NCBI GenBank assembly: GCA_964653285.1
Contig: CAZZEX010000003.1
Location: forward strand, 1,195-65,194
Direction of reading: 5' to 3'
Source of the DNA: an uncultured Anaerolineales bacterium
Lineage (GTDB): Bacteria > Chloroflexota > Anaerolineae > B4-G1
DNA length: 64,000 bases
Part shown: positions 1 to 11,299 of the stretch, piece by piece
Position numbering within the stretch: position 1 is the stretch's first letter
How the letters are laid out: the number at the start of each line of letters is the position of its first letter
Program-made: the position numbers and the translations under genes
The notes under the pieces: model-generated
Told to the model about the DNA's origin: nothing
The model's input: the letters and a program-made list of their open reading frames with translations, nothing else
Database searches by the model: none

Positions 1-75
1 AAGAATCTCGCCTATATGAGAACCGAGACCCTTCGGCTTCGCTCAGGGTGACATAGCAAGTTTTGCGCTACTGCG
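1..75 (+). repeat. Partial copy of MITE/REP-like family A (GAAGAATCT...CTTCGCTCAGGGTGAC...TTTTGCGCTACTGCG)
   Basis: Shares core and terminal TTTTGCG..A.TGCG with copies at 40906, 51927 and 61248; cut by window edge. Confidence 0.7.
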
Positions 76-139
76 TAAATTGGTAAACTGGTAGATTGGT
101 ATATTGGCTCCACCTGCTATTCTACCAATCTACCGATTC

Positions 140-1261
140 CTAATCCACCACGTACTCCACACCTGGCTCGCGGGCCACGACGTACTTCATCCCACCCACC
201 TGGCGCACCATGCCCTTCAACTCCATCAGCGCCAGCGTGCTGGTCACCTGCGCAATGGGCAGGCTCACTTGCTGCCGAAGTTCATCCACGTGGGTTGGTT
301 CGGTCGAGAGGTGGGCCAGAAGCGCCGCCTCCGTCTCGTCGGCTGGGAGCACCTGGCGCGCCTCCATCTGCTCGGTCACCATGGTCAGATTCAGTTCCTC
401 CAGGATATCCTCCGGGCCAAGCACCACCTTGGCCCCGTCCTGGATGAGCGCGTTGGTACCGGCGCAGCCGCGCACCAGGATAGAGCCCGGCACAGCGAAA
501 ATATCCCGCCCCTGCTCGGCAGCATAGTCGGCGGTGATCAATGCCCCGCTCCGTACTCCCGCCTCGGTGACGAGCACGCCCAGGCTCAGCCCGCTGATGA
601 TGCGATTGCGCGGCGGGAAGTTGCTCCCCTCCGGCTGCGTACCCAGTGGGTAGTCGCTCACCAGCGCCCCCCGCGCGATGATTTCCTCGGCCAATTTGCG
701 GTGCTCCGGCGGGTAGACCCGGTCAATGCCGCAGCCCAGCACAGCGATGGTGCGTCCCCCAACCTTCAGCGCCGCCCGATGCGCCTCGCCATCAATCCCC
801 CGCGCCAAGCCACTGATGATAGTGATACCACTGCGCGCCAGCACCGTGGTCAGTCGGCGGGTCACTTCCCGTCCGTAGACCGAGGCCCGCCGTGTACCGA
901 CGACTGCTACCGCCCAGGCGTCCTCATCCGTCAATGTACCCTTGACGTAAAGCACAGGTGGTGGGTCGGGGATCTCGCGGAGGAGGCGAGGATAGCTGGG
1001 GCTTTCCCACGTGAGCACTTGTGCGCCCACGGCAGCAATCCGCTTCAACTCCTGATCCAGATCAAGCGCAGCCCGGGCCGCCAGCAGATTCTCCAGCGAG
1101 CGGCGATCCAGCCCGGCGCGGCGCAATTCCCCGGCCGGTGCATGCCAGGCCTGTTCCACGCCCCCGAAGTAGTCGAGCAGCGCCCGCAGCCGCGTCGGGC
1201 CGATACCGCGCACGATGTTGAAGCCAACCCAGTATTGTAAAGGCGAGCGCAGGTCGTTCAT
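140..1261 (-). CDS. dprA: DNA-processing protein DprA
   Basis: AVVGTRRAS, SGLARGIDGEAH and FPPRNRIISGLS motifs; C-terminal winged helix. Confidence 0.95.
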   Translation of the reverse strand: MNDLRSPLQYWVGFNIVRGIGPTRLRALLDYFGGVEQAWHAPAGELRRAGLDRRSLENLLAARAALDLDQELKRIAAVGAQVLTWESPSYPRLLREIPDPPPVLYVKGTLTDEDAWAVAVVGTRRASVYGREVTRRLTTVLARSGITIISGLARGIDGEAHRAALKVGGRTIAVLGCGIDRVYPPEHRKLAEEIIARGALVSDYPLGTQPEGSNFPPRNRIISGLSLGVLVTEAGVRSGALITADYAAEQGRDIFAVPGSILVRGCAGTNALIQDGAKVVLGPEDILEELNLTMVTEQMEARQVLPADETEAALLAHLSTEPTHVDELRQQVSLPIAQVTSTLALMELKGMVRQVGGMKYVVAREPGVEYVVD

Positions 1262-1845
1262 CCCTCATCTCCCAACATGCCTGGCAACAGGCGCACCACC
1301 ATCCGCTTCAACTCCAGGTCGAGCTCAAGCACCACGTCTTCCACGGCTGGCAGGAGCACCTCGCCCCGCGGTCCCCGCACGACGTAGACGTCGTTGGCTC
1401 CGGTCTCCAGCACTTCGACTACCCGGCCTAGCCACTGGCCGCTCTCCGTCTCCACCCTGACGCCGACGAGTTGAAAGTAGTAATACTCCCCCTCCTCAAG
1501 CGGCACGGCCTCCTCAAGCGGTACCTGCACGAGCATGCCGCGCAGTTCATCAGCACCGTTCCGGTCGTCGCAGCCACCCAATTTCAGCAGTAACGCCCCC
1601 CTGTGCCAGCGCAGTTTTTCTACTGGATAGCGCCGCACCGCTTCAGGGGAATCTGGAGAGGCAAGGTAAAAACAGACGTGCTGCCCCAACCGTTCAGGGT
1701 AGTCGGTGATGATCTCGACACGCAGTTCACCCCGTATACCGTGCGGCCGCGATATTCGTCCGACCGCTAAATAGCGGGGCTCAGGCGTACGCGCTTTCCC
1801 TGAGCCCCCATCACCCTCATTATCGTATTGTGTCGCAGCACCCAT
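1258..1845 (-). CDS. rimM: 16S rRNA processing protein RimM
   Basis: VGRISRPHGIRGE, EGEYYYFQLVG, ETGANDVYVV; rpsP-khpA-rimM context. Confidence 0.95.
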   Translation of the reverse strand: MGAATQYDNEGDGGSGKARTPEPRYLAVGRISRPHGIRGELRVEIITDYPERLGQHVCFYLASPDSPEAVRRYPVEKLRWHRGALLLKLGGCDDRNGADELRGMLVQVPLEEAVPLEEGEYYYFQLVGVRVETESGQWLGRVVEVLETGANDVYVVRGPRGEVLLPAVEDVVLELDLELKRMVVRLLPGMLGDEG

Positions 1846-1851
1846 CGGCGC

Positions 1852-2088
1852 TTAGACGATTTCGAGGGTGACCCGCTTTCCCTGCTTAGCAGCGAGTACC
1901 CGGACAAGTGTACGCATGGCGTTCGCGGTACGCCCACCCTTGCCGATCACGCGCCCCATGTCCTCCGGGCCAGCCCGCAGTTCCAGGATCACCGAAGTCT
2001 CACCCTCGATCTCGGAGACGTGCACCTGGGACGGGTCGTCCACCAGCGACTTGGCAATGAATTCAATCAACTCTTTCATCGAAGCCAT
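1852..2088 (-). CDS. khpA: KH-domain RNA-binding protein KhpA
   Basis: DMGRVIGKGGRTA KH motif; lies between rpsP and rimM. Confidence 0.92.
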   Translation of the reverse strand: MASMKELIEFIAKSLVDDPSQVHVSEIEGETSVILELRAGPEDMGRVIGKGGRTANAMRTLVRVLAAKQGKRVTLEIV

Positions 2089-2197
2089 TGTTGCTCCTCC
2101 CTCCTGAAGTAGATGTACGGAAATCCGTTGTCGTGGATGCTATAAACGGTACGGAGACGCAGTGGGGGAGCAGAATTCCACTGCGATGAGGAGTGGG

Positions 2198-2668
2198 CTA
2201 TTCTTCTATCTCTTCCTCTTCTGTCTCTACCTCCTCACCATCACCTCCCGCCTCGGTGGGCTCCGCTTCGGACTCTACAGTTTCTGGCTCTACAATCTGT
2301 TCCTCCGCTACAGGCATCGCCAGCTCCCGGCGGGTCTTGGGACTGATCTCCGGCACAGCCTGGGCCGCTTCCTCCGCCTCGGCCATCAGCGCTTCCAGAG
2401 GCTCGCCCTGCTTAAGCCGCTCGAAGCGGGCCAGCGCTCCCTGCTTCTTCAGCAGCCGTGCCACCGCCTCGGTGGGCTGCGCCCCGACGCTCAGCCAGTA
2501 CAATGCACGATCTTCTTTGATCTTCACCGTTTCCGGTTCGGTGCGCGGGTTGTAGAAACCGATGATCTCAATGAAACGACCATCGCGGGGGGCCCGCGAA
2601 TCGGTCACCACCACCCGGTAACTGGGTTGCTTCTTAGCGCCTACGCGGCGCAATCGAATCTTGACCAT
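2198..2668 (-). CDS. rpsP: 30S ribosomal protein S16 with acidic C-terminal tail
   Basis: [21 protein letters not shown]...[14 protein letters not shown]. Confidence 0.97.
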   Translation of the reverse strand: MVKIRLRRVGAKKQPSYRVVVTDSRAPRDGRFIEIIGFYNPRTEPETVKIKEDRALYWLSVGAQPTEAVARLLKKQGALARFERLKQGEPLEALMAEAEEAAQAVPEISPKTRRELAMPVAEEQIVEPETVESEAEPTEAGGDGEEVETEEEEIEE

Positions 2669-2781
2669 ACTTCTCCTCCTGTCGTTGTGTGAAGATCGGT
2701 AGATTGGGAAATTGGGAAAGGGGTGGCGGTCAGGACAGACCTCCCCGCTCAGCGTCAGGATCTCTGCGTCGGTTCGTGGGG

Positions 2782-2901
2782 TTATTTATGCTCCACGTCG
2801 TAGATGTCGAAATCATCGGCAATTGCTTCCTCATCAGCATGTTCCGTCAAATAGCACAGGCCGTTGCGAACAAGGGCCCGAATCTGTCCTATTTTGTTCA
2901 A
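2782..2901 (-). pseudogene. Truncated DUF4258-like toxin fragment (39 aa)
   Basis: Manual translation [39 protein letters not shown] resembles the N-half of DUF4258 proteins; premature stop, no partner gene. Confidence 0.5.
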
Positions 2902-2996
2902 TGATGTTCTCCATCAACAGGCTCTCTTACTTCCCGCTTCCTTGCTTCCCCCTCCTACTTCCTGCCTCCTGCCCCTTGCTTCTTGCCTCCTGCACT

Positions 2997-4325
<1,329 letters not shown>

Positions 4326-4436
4326 TGTATCGTGATGCGTGAAACGTGATCTCGCTTCGCGTTTACGTTTCACGTTTTACGCCAGGCGATTGTAACGGAA
4401 AAGCCCTGTTTCGTCAAGTTTCCTAGCGTCTGACCA

Positions 4437-6539
4437 CTATTCCAGCGCCGCCTGTTCACGGCGGCGCGTCTTGACGACCATCCGCGCGTCCACTGCTGCC
4501 ACGCCTCGCTCGAACACGAGCAGCGGGTTGACGTCAATCTCCGCCACCTCAGGGCATTCGACCAGAAACCGCGACAGCGCCAGCAGCGCCTCGACGACCG
4601 CCCCCACGTCCGCTGGCGGTTCGCCGCGCACGCCCCGCAGCAGGCAACTCCCCCGCACCTCGGAGATCATCTCCTCGGCGTCCTCGCGGGTCAACGGGGC
4701 CAGGCGAAACGCGACGTCCTCGAACACCTCCACGTACACCCCGCCCAGCCCGAACATCACCACCGGCCCGAAACTCGGATCGCGCTTACCGCCCAGGACA
4801 ACCTCCCGTCCCCCGGCGAACATCTGCTGCACCAGCACTCCCGCTACCTGTGCGCCGGGGGCGCGCTCCTCCACTCGCGCCAGAAGCGCAGGGAACTCCG
4901 CCCGCAGCGCCTCGGGTTCCTCGACATCCAACACGACTGCACCCACGTCCGACTTGTGGGAGATGTCAGCCGAGAGTACCTTGAGCGCCACCGGGTAACC
5001 CATAGCGCCAGCGGCCACCAGCGCCCCCTCGACGCTTTCCACCACAGCCCACTCGGCGGAGGGGATGCCAAAAGCCGCGCACAGCCCCAACGCCACGTCG
5101 GTCATCAAGACACCGTCGCGGGCCAGCAACTCCTCAACCTCGTGCGGACGATGGGCCGGCGCAGATGGTAACGGGAGCAGCCGCGCCGGACGAGTGTACC
5201 AGTCACGGGAGGCGGCCAGAGCCCACACCGCTGCCTCAATTGTGACAAAGGTCGGAAGTTCCACCTCCCGCTCCAGCGCCACCACCTCACTCTTCTGGGC
5301 AAAGGGGCAGAAAGCGATGGGCTTACCCGTCTGCCAGACCAGTTGCTCAATGCGGCGGGCCAGCCGGCGCGACATCTCCCCAGCCGGGCCGGGGCTATAC
5401 GTGTGCACCAACAACAGCGCGTCAGGGTTCAACGTGCGCAGGCACTCCTCAGCAATCTCTCCGTAGAGGTCAAAATTGAAAATCACTCCCACGTCAATGG
5501 GATTGGTCGGCGCGATGACGTCGGCGCGGAAAAGACCCCGCACCCTGTCCAGGAAATCGTCCGGGACAGGTGGCAAGCGAAAGCCATAAGCGGCAGCCAT
5601 GTCGGCGGCCACGACCGCGTGTCCCCCAGAACGGGAGATGATGACGATGTCGTTACCCCGCACCGGTGGCAGCGCGAATCCCCGCGCCAGCGCTACCGCT
5701 TCCCGGAAACTCCTGGCATGGGCAATGCCCGCCTGTCGCAGCGCCGCGCTGACGATGCGGTCGTCACTGGCCAGCGCCGCCGTGTGTGAGAAGGCGATCT
5801 CAGCGCTCGCCTGAGCGGTGTTTGCCTTCTGCACAATGACCGGCTTGGGTGACGAGGCGGCCAACTCTATCAGCCGCCGGCCCTCCTCGATGCTCTCCAA
5901 GTAGAGACAGATTATCTCCGTGCCGGGGTCATCCAGCAGATAAGTCAGGTAATCCACCTCGTCCAGGTTGGTCTTGTTGCCCATACTGACGACTTTGTTG
6001 ACCCCCAACCCGGCCTCGCTGAGCAGGAGCGCGTAGGTGATGGAGACGCCGCCGCTCTGCGCCAGCACCGAGACCGGGCCTCGTTTGGCCGCCTGCCGCT
6101 CAAGATGGAAAAAAGGTAGACATAGCCCATTCTCCATATTGACCACACTAATGCAATTCGGACCTACAAAACGGATGTCCCAGCGGCGCGCCACTGCGCA
6201 GACCTGCTCCTCCAGTTCGCGCCCCGCCTCCGAGAACTCAGCGAAGCCGCCCGACTCGATCACCGCGCGGCGGATGCCTTTCTTCCCACAGGCCTCCAGC
6301 AGACCGGGCACCGTCGCCGCCGGGGTCAGGATCACGGCCAGGTCTACCCCGTCGGGCAGCGACTCCACCGACGCAAGGATAGGGATGCCGTGCACTTCGC
6401 CACTCCGCAGCCCGACGGCATAGATGTCGCCGCTGTAGCCGAACTCCAACATGTTGCTGACGATGCTGGTCGCCAGGTTGTCAGGTCGCTCCGAAACACC
6501 GATGACCACAACACTATCGGGATAGAAGATTCTGTCCAC
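4437..6539 (-). CDS. Acetate/acyl-CoA ligase (ADP-forming), fused alpha-beta
   Basis: GPNCIS, SMGNK, SHTAALA, HKSDVG, GPVVMFGLGG, DVNPL; GTG start after GGAGG. Confidence 0.9.
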   Translation of the reverse strand: MDRIFYPDSVVVIGVSERPDNLATSIVSNMLEFGYSGDIYAVGLRSGEVHGIPILASVESLPDGVDLAVILTPAATVPGLLEACGKKGIRRAVIESGGFAEFSEAGRELEEQVCAVARRWDIRFVGPNCISVVNMENGLCLPFFHLERQAAKRGPVSVLAQSGGVSITYALLLSEAGLGVNKVVSMGNKTNLDEVDYLTYLLDDPGTEIICLYLESIEEGRRLIELAASSPKPVIVQKANTAQASAEIAFSHTAALASDDRIVSAALRQAGIAHARSFREAVALARGFALPPVRGNDIVIISRSGGHAVVAADMAAAYGFRLPPVPDDFLDRVRGLFRADVIAPTNPIDVGVIFNFDLYGEIAEECLRTLNPDALLLVHTYSPGPAGEMSRRLARRIEQLVWQTGKPIAFCPFAQKSEVVALEREVELPTFVTIEAAVWALAASRDWYTRPARLLPLPSAPAHRPHEVEELLARDGVLMTDVALGLCAAFGIPSAEWAVVESVEGALVAAGAMGYPVALKVLSADISHKSDVGAVVLDVEEPEALRAEFPALLARVEERAPGAQVAGVLVQQMFAGGREVVLGGKRDPSFGPVVMFGLGGVYVEVFEDVAFRLAPLTREDAEEMISEVRGSCLLRGVRGEPPADVGAVVEALLALSRFLVECPEVAEIDVNPLLVFERGVAAVDARMVVKTRRREQAALE

Positions 6540-6653
6540 TGCTTCGCCTCCCGCTACGATTGGGCCGATTGTAGCAGAGAGCGGGCAAAACGCAACTGAG
6601 AACTTCGGAAATCCCCGTTTTTGTGGTACAATGAGAGTCGAGGTGATACTACT

Positions 6654-7166
6654 GTGAACATCGCCCATCACCCTGAACTCATCCACCCAACCGCCTACGT
6701 CGCGCTAAACGCGACCATCGTCGGCGAGGTACACCTCGCGGCCAAGGCGAGCGTCTGGTTCGGTTGCGTGCTGCGAGGCGACAATGCGCCCATCATCATC
6801 AAGGCTCGCACCAACGTTCAGGACCTCACCGTCATTCACACAGATGCAGGACAGCCCTGTACGTTGGGGGAGGAGGTGACCGTCGGTCACCGAGTCGTGC
6901 TACACAGCGCGACCGTCGAAGATGGCGCAGTGATCGGCATTGGAGCCATCGTGCTGAACGGCGCGGTCGTGGGCCAGGAGGCGCTGGTCGGGGCTGGTGC
7001 GTTAGTGCCCGAGGGGATGATCATCCCCCCCCGGCACCTAGCGCTGGGCGTACCGGCGCGGGTCGTGCGGGAACTTACGGATGAAGAGATCGAACGTACG
7101 CACACTTTTGCCACACATTATGTCGCACGAGCACAAGCGTTCCTGTCTGCTAGCAAAGGAGGTTAG
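6654..7166 (+). CDS. Gamma carbonic anhydrase family (hexapeptide repeat) protein
   Basis: VLRGD, NVQD..VIH, TVGH..VLH. Confidence 0.9.
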   Translation: MNIAHHPELIHPTAYVALNATIVGEVHLAAKASVWFGCVLRGDNAPIIIKARTNVQDLTVIHTDAGQPCTLGEEVTVGHRVVLHSATVEDGAVIGIGAIVLNGAVVGQEALVGAGALVPEGMIIPPRHLALGVPARVVRELTDEEIERTHTFATHYVARAQAFLSASKGG

Positions 7167-7168
7167 TT

Positions 7169-7648
7169 ATGTCAATCACCGAGTTACTGCAACGCAGCGA
7201 GTTGTCTTCCGGGCTAAGGCCTGAGCAGATTGAGCAGATCGCCGCCCTGGGCCATGAGGTTATCTACAATGCCGACGATACCGTCATCCGCGAGAGCGAC
7301 CCCTCCGACGAGATATACATCATTTGCAGCGGCATGGTCGAGGTGGAGGTCTCCAAGGGCATGATTCCCGACGTGCCAGGACCACCCCGGCTGAGTTCTC
7401 TAGTCCGCCTGGGCCAGGGACAGGTATTCGGCGAAGTGGCACTGGTGGATCGGGGGGCTCGCTCGGCGACGGTGCGCTGCGTGGAGGACGGTACCGTGCT
7501 CTACATCATCCCCCGCCAGGCTTTCTGGGCGCTCTGCGACGGCGATCATGACATCGGATATGTCGTGATGCGCAACATCGCCGCCGACCTGTCGTTCAAA
7601 CTGCGCCACCGTAACCTGCAAGTGAGGCTGGTGGGAGGCGAACCATGA
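7169..7648 (+). CDS. Cyclic nucleotide-binding domain protein
   Basis: FGEVALVDRGARSATV. Confidence 0.88.
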   Translation: MSITELLQRSELSSGLRPEQIEQIAALGHEVIYNADDTVIRESDPSDEIYIICSGMVEVEVSKGMIPDVPGPPRLSSLVRLGQGQVFGEVALVDRGARSATVRCVEDGTVLYIIPRQAFWALCDGDHDIGYVVMRNIAADLSFKLRHRNLQVRLVGGEP

Positions 7649-7848
7649 TCTACAAAGTGAGTTACGTCGTTGTCGGCAAGCCACACCCGGGTGAAATCGT
7701 CAATCTGGACACTCCGCCGCGTGTTGGCGACCAGGTACAACTGGGCGGTGAACTGTTCGATGTCGTTGAGGTCGTTGACCTGATGCCACCACGCGGAGAC
7801 TTCGCCTATCTCCACGTCACCTGCCGGCCGGCGCAAGAGACGACGTAG
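7645..7848 (+). CDS. Small hypothetical protein
   Basis: ATGA overlap with upstream gene and GGAGG RBS. Confidence 0.7.
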   Translation: MIYKVSYVVVGKPHPGEIVNLDTPPRVGDQVQLGGELFDVVEVVDLMPPRGDFAYLHVTCRPAQETT

Positions 7849-8036
7849 GACACGCCAATGGGCACAACGCAGGCGATTTCATTCTTCAGCCGCGCCAATG
7901 GACACCCCTGCGAGGACGTGAAACGTGATGCAGAAGAACTTGTCATTTCACGCTTCACGCCAGGCCAGGTCATCAACCGAGGCGCGGCGGTGATGCCTTC
8001 CCCCTACCTCCTGACATTCTGCCCCCGCTTGACCGG

Positions 8037-8339
8037 TTGTTCCACCTGCTCTCCCATCCAGCCCGGCTGCGCATCCTGGACGAACTGCGGCGCGATGAGG
8101 CCTGTGTGTGCCACCTGCAGGCGGTGCTGGGCCGCCCCCAGGCCTACGTCTCACAGCAGCTGCGCGTGCTGCGGGAGGCGGGGGTAGTGACGGGCCGCAA
8201 GGAGGGACTCAACGTCTACTACCACCTGGCCGACCGCCGGGGGGAGCGGCTGCTGGAGGAGGTACTGGGGCTGGCGGGGGAGCGCACCGTTCCGGCGGGG
8301 TGTCCATGCCCCCGCTGCCGACGTATGACAGGAATGTGA
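8037..8339 (+). CDS. ArsR/SmtB family regulator with C-terminal CPCPRC (start uncertain)
   Basis: LSHPARLRIL...ACVCHL...YVSQQLRVLREAG. Confidence 0.8.
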   Translation: MFHLLSHPARLRILDELRRDEACVCHLQAVLGRPQAYVSQQLRVLREAGVVTGRKEGLNVYYHLADRRGERLLEEVLGLAGERTVPAGCPCPRCRRMTGM

Positions 8340-8487
8340 GTAAATATGCTCAGAGGGGGTGTGCCACCCCCGTATGTGGGACCGAGACACCGCAGTGACC
8401 GGGCGGCGTTGGAACAACTGGAGCGAGCATTGGCTGGCCGCCGACGCGCGAGTGCCGGGAGGTCATCGCGGTGATGGAGGAAGCCGC

Positions 8488-8547
8488 TTCCACTTCCCCT
8501 CCTGCGCCGACTGCCTGTGGGCGCAGGACATCGTGCGTTGCCCGTAG
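8488..8547 (+). pseudogene. C-terminal remnant resembling tungsten-cofactor oxidoreductase radical SAM maturase
   Basis: FPSCADCLWAQDIVRCP* matches the CxxCLWAQxxxxCP end of that family; rest of gene absent. Confidence 0.45.
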
Positions 8548-8714
8548 TCGAGGCCGGTCAGCCCGTGGCCCTGGCTACGGTGGTGGAGGTGCAGGGCGCT
8601 TCCCCCGCCCAGGTGGGCTTCAAGTTGCTGGTGCGACCTGACGGCAGCGGCGTAGGCAACGTCGGCGGCGGGGCGCTGGAGCAGCGGGTGCGGGATGAGG
8701 CGGCGGCTGCCTTA
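8547..8714 (+). pseudogene. XdhC/CoxI N-terminal fragment
   Basis: VALATVVEVQGASPAQVGFKLLV...GNVGGGALE; no start, homology ends after ~55 aa. Confidence 0.65.
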
Positions 8715-8902
8715 TGCGCCGCCAGCGGGGCCGAACCGGCGTGGGAAGGATGGGAGGCATCCCAGAGCGAAGCAGCCGCCAGCATCATCAAGCGGTTCCA
8801 CTCCATCCCCTGCGAACGGGTACCCTCTCTACCATCTGGATTTCGTCAGTTGACTACAGCGCAAAATCGTGTATATTAGTAAATACAGAGTAGGAGGAAT
8901 CC

Positions 8903-10849
8903 GTGGAACAGGAACGCATTCTGATCATAGACGATAGCCCCGAGACGCAGCAACTGCTGGCCGAACTGGTGCTTGAACCCAGCGGCTATCGGCCCATCGC
9001 GGCCCTGGATGGAGAGGAGGGGCTACGGCTGGCCCTACAGGAGCACCCCGATCTCATCATCCTGGACATGCAATTGCCAAAGATGAACGGGATCGAGGTG
9101 CTGCAGGCGCTGCAACAACGGAATGTAGACATCCCGGTCGTCTTCACGACCATCCGCGAGTCTGCCGAACTAGTCGTGCAGGCCTTCCGGCTGGGAGCGC
9201 GCGATTACATCATCAAACCTTTCGGTCCCCTTGAGATGCAAGAAACAATCCAGCGCGTCCTCGCTTCCACCACGTTGCGCGACGAACGGGATCAACTCAC
9301 GCAGCAACTGATGGATGCCAACCAGAAATATCAGCGCCAACTCCAGGAACTGAACGCCATTTACACCATTGGGCGATCGGTCACATCGCTGCTAGACCTG
9401 AACCGCGTACTCAACCGCGTAGTTGAGGCGGCAGTATACCTGGCGGATGCTGAAGAGGGCATGATCCTGCTGCTGGATAGGGAAGGGGACGAACTCTACC
9501 TGCGGGCGGCCAAGGGTGTAGATGAAAAGGTGGCGCAGAGCCTGCGCGTGCGGGTAGACGACAGCGTCGCGGGGCGAGCGATTCAAACAGATCGGCCTGT
9601 GCTTATGACCGGCGAACGCGCCAAGGTTACCACCGGCTACCTGGTCAAGGCGCTGCTCTATCTACCGCTGCGGGTTCCTGACCGTGGTGTGATCGGCGTG
9701 CTGGGGATGGTCAATCGCGAAACGGAGCGCTCTTTCTCGGAGCGAGACATATTACTGCTTTCGGCCCTGGCGGACTACGCGGCCGTCGCCATTGAGAATG
9801 CACGGCTCTTCGAGACAGTTGAAGTCGAGCGGGCCAAGTTGGAAACCGTCTTGCGGGGGACCCAGGAGGCGATCATCATCGTGGACGAGGAGGACAACAT
9901 CCTGCTGTGCAACACGGCAGCCCGCGCCACGCTGGGCCTGGTCGAGGCCGACCTGTTGCACCGGCCCGCTAGCGAAGCCATACCACACCCCACCCTGCAT
10001 AGCATGTTCGCCCAGGTGCGCGAGACGGGGCAGGCAACTCGCAACGAGGTGCCTCTGGAGGACGGGCGCACGTTCAACGCACAACTCACCCCCATCAAAG
10101 GGGTTGGGCGGGTGTTGATAATGCAGGACATCACGCACCTGAAAGAACTGGGCCGCATCAAGTCGGAGTTCGTAGCCGCTGTCTCTCACGATTTGCGGAC
10201 GCCGCTGACCACCATCCAGGGTTATATCGAGTTGCTCCCTCGGGCAGGGTCGCTGAATGCGCAGCAACAGGAATTCGTCCTGCGCACCCGCCAGAGTATG
10301 GAGGCCATCACTGAACTGATCAATAATCTCCTCGACATTAATCGCCTCGAGACCAGACTCGACCTGGAAATGGTACCCTGTGACCTGGTACAGGTGATCG
10401 AAGAAGCGATCAAGGACTTCCGACCACAAACGGAGGAGCATAAGCAGGAGATACGCTGGGAGCCGCCCGAGGCGCTGCCGCTGGTGCAGGGCAACCCCTA
10501 TCGCCTGCGCCAGGTGATGGATAATCTGCTCGGCAATGCGGTCAAGTACACACGAGAAGACGGATGGATCGCTGTGAGCGCAGTCGAGGACGACGGGCAC
10601 GTCGTGGTACGCGTGGCCGACAACGGCATTGGCATCCCCCCGGCTCAACAGCCCTACATCTTCGACAAGTTCCATCGCGTGGAGTCGGACGAGACATTGG
10701 GCGTCGCAGGCACCGGGCTAGGTTTGGCCATCGTCAAGACGGTGATCGAGAAGCACAACGGGCGGGTATGGGTCGAGAGCAGGCCAGGGGTAGGCAGTGT
10801 CTTCAGCTTCGTACTGCCCGCAATTAAAGACACGACGCAAAAGACATGA
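8903..10849 (+). CDS. Hybrid sensor histidine kinase (REC-GAF-PAS-HisKA-HATPase)
   Basis: ILIIDD/LDMQLP receiver, SHDLRTPL H-box, NAVKY, DNGIGI, GTGLGL. Confidence 0.93.
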   Translation: MEQERILIIDDSPETQQLLAELVLEPSGYRPIAALDGEEGLRLALQEHPDLIILDMQLPKMNGIEVLQALQQRNVDIPVVFTTIRESAELVVQAFRLGARDYIIKPFGPLEMQETIQRVLASTTLRDERDQLTQQLMDANQKYQRQLQELNAIYTIGRSVTSLLDLNRVLNRVVEAAVYLADAEEGMILLLDREGDELYLRAAKGVDEKVAQSLRVRVDDSVAGRAIQTDRPVLMTGERAKVTTGYLVKALLYLPLRVPDRGVIGVLGMVNRETERSFSERDILLLSALADYAAVAIENARLFETVEVERAKLETVLRGTQEAIIIVDEEDNILLCNTAARATLGLVEADLLHRPASEAIPHPTLHSMFAQVRETGQATRNEVPLEDGRTFNAQLTPIKGVGRVLIMQDITHLKELGRIKSEFVAAVSHDLRTPLTTIQGYIELLPRAGSLNAQQQEFVLRTRQSMEAITELINNLLDINRLETRLDLEMVPCDLVQVIEEAIKDFRPQTEEHKQEIRWEPPEALPLVQGNPYRLRQVMDNLLGNAVKYTREDGWIAVSAVEDDGHVVVRVADNGIGIPPAQQPYIFDKFHRVESDETLGVAGTGLGLAIVKTVIEKHNGRVWVESRPGVGSVFSFVLPAIKDTTQKT

Positions 10850-10876
10850 TGCAGAGATAGCCAACGGTTGCACTTC

Positions 10877-10912
10877 AAGGGGGCGCTCCATTGAGCGCCC
10901 CCTTTGTGTTTC
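10877..10912 (+). terminator. Intrinsic terminator-like hairpin
   Basis: AAGGGGGCGCTC-catt-GAGCGCCCCCTT then T-rich tract; nested in a CGGTTGCA...TGCAACCG inverted repeat (10865-10920). Confidence 0.65.
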
Positions 10913-11000
10913 TGCAACCGGCGTGGGGTTGGCATAGGGTTTTCGTAGGGTTGGCGTAGGGCTGACGTCAAGCCCTGCGGGGCAAGATATGGTATTATTT

Positions 11001-11075
11001 AAGCGAAGTTAGGGACGGTTTCTCTTCTTCTCCTCCTTTTGGTGAGGGCCGGGGTGCGGCGACCCCGGCTCTCCG
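11001..11075 (+). ncRNA. Candidate small RNA with anti-Shine-Dalgarno tract and 3' hairpin
   Basis: TGgTATTAT extended -10-like box at 10990-10998, TCTCCTCCTTT at 11029-11039, 12-bp stem at 11044-11073. Confidence 0.35.
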
Positions 11076-11299
11076 TGCGTTCAGGGCCGGCGGGGAACTC
11101 CACCGTCGCCGACAGGTCTCGCGTGTTGATGTACACTAACATCTCCCCGCCGGGTGGGATTTCTTCAGTACCACGGCTACACCGGGCCATGATGTCATCC
11201 TGCGCCCGAGACCAGCCACGCCATCCCGGCTCTCCCCGTCCCATGGGCAATTGACTTCCCCTCCATTCCAGTGTAAGATAAACACCCAGGAGGGGCAAC

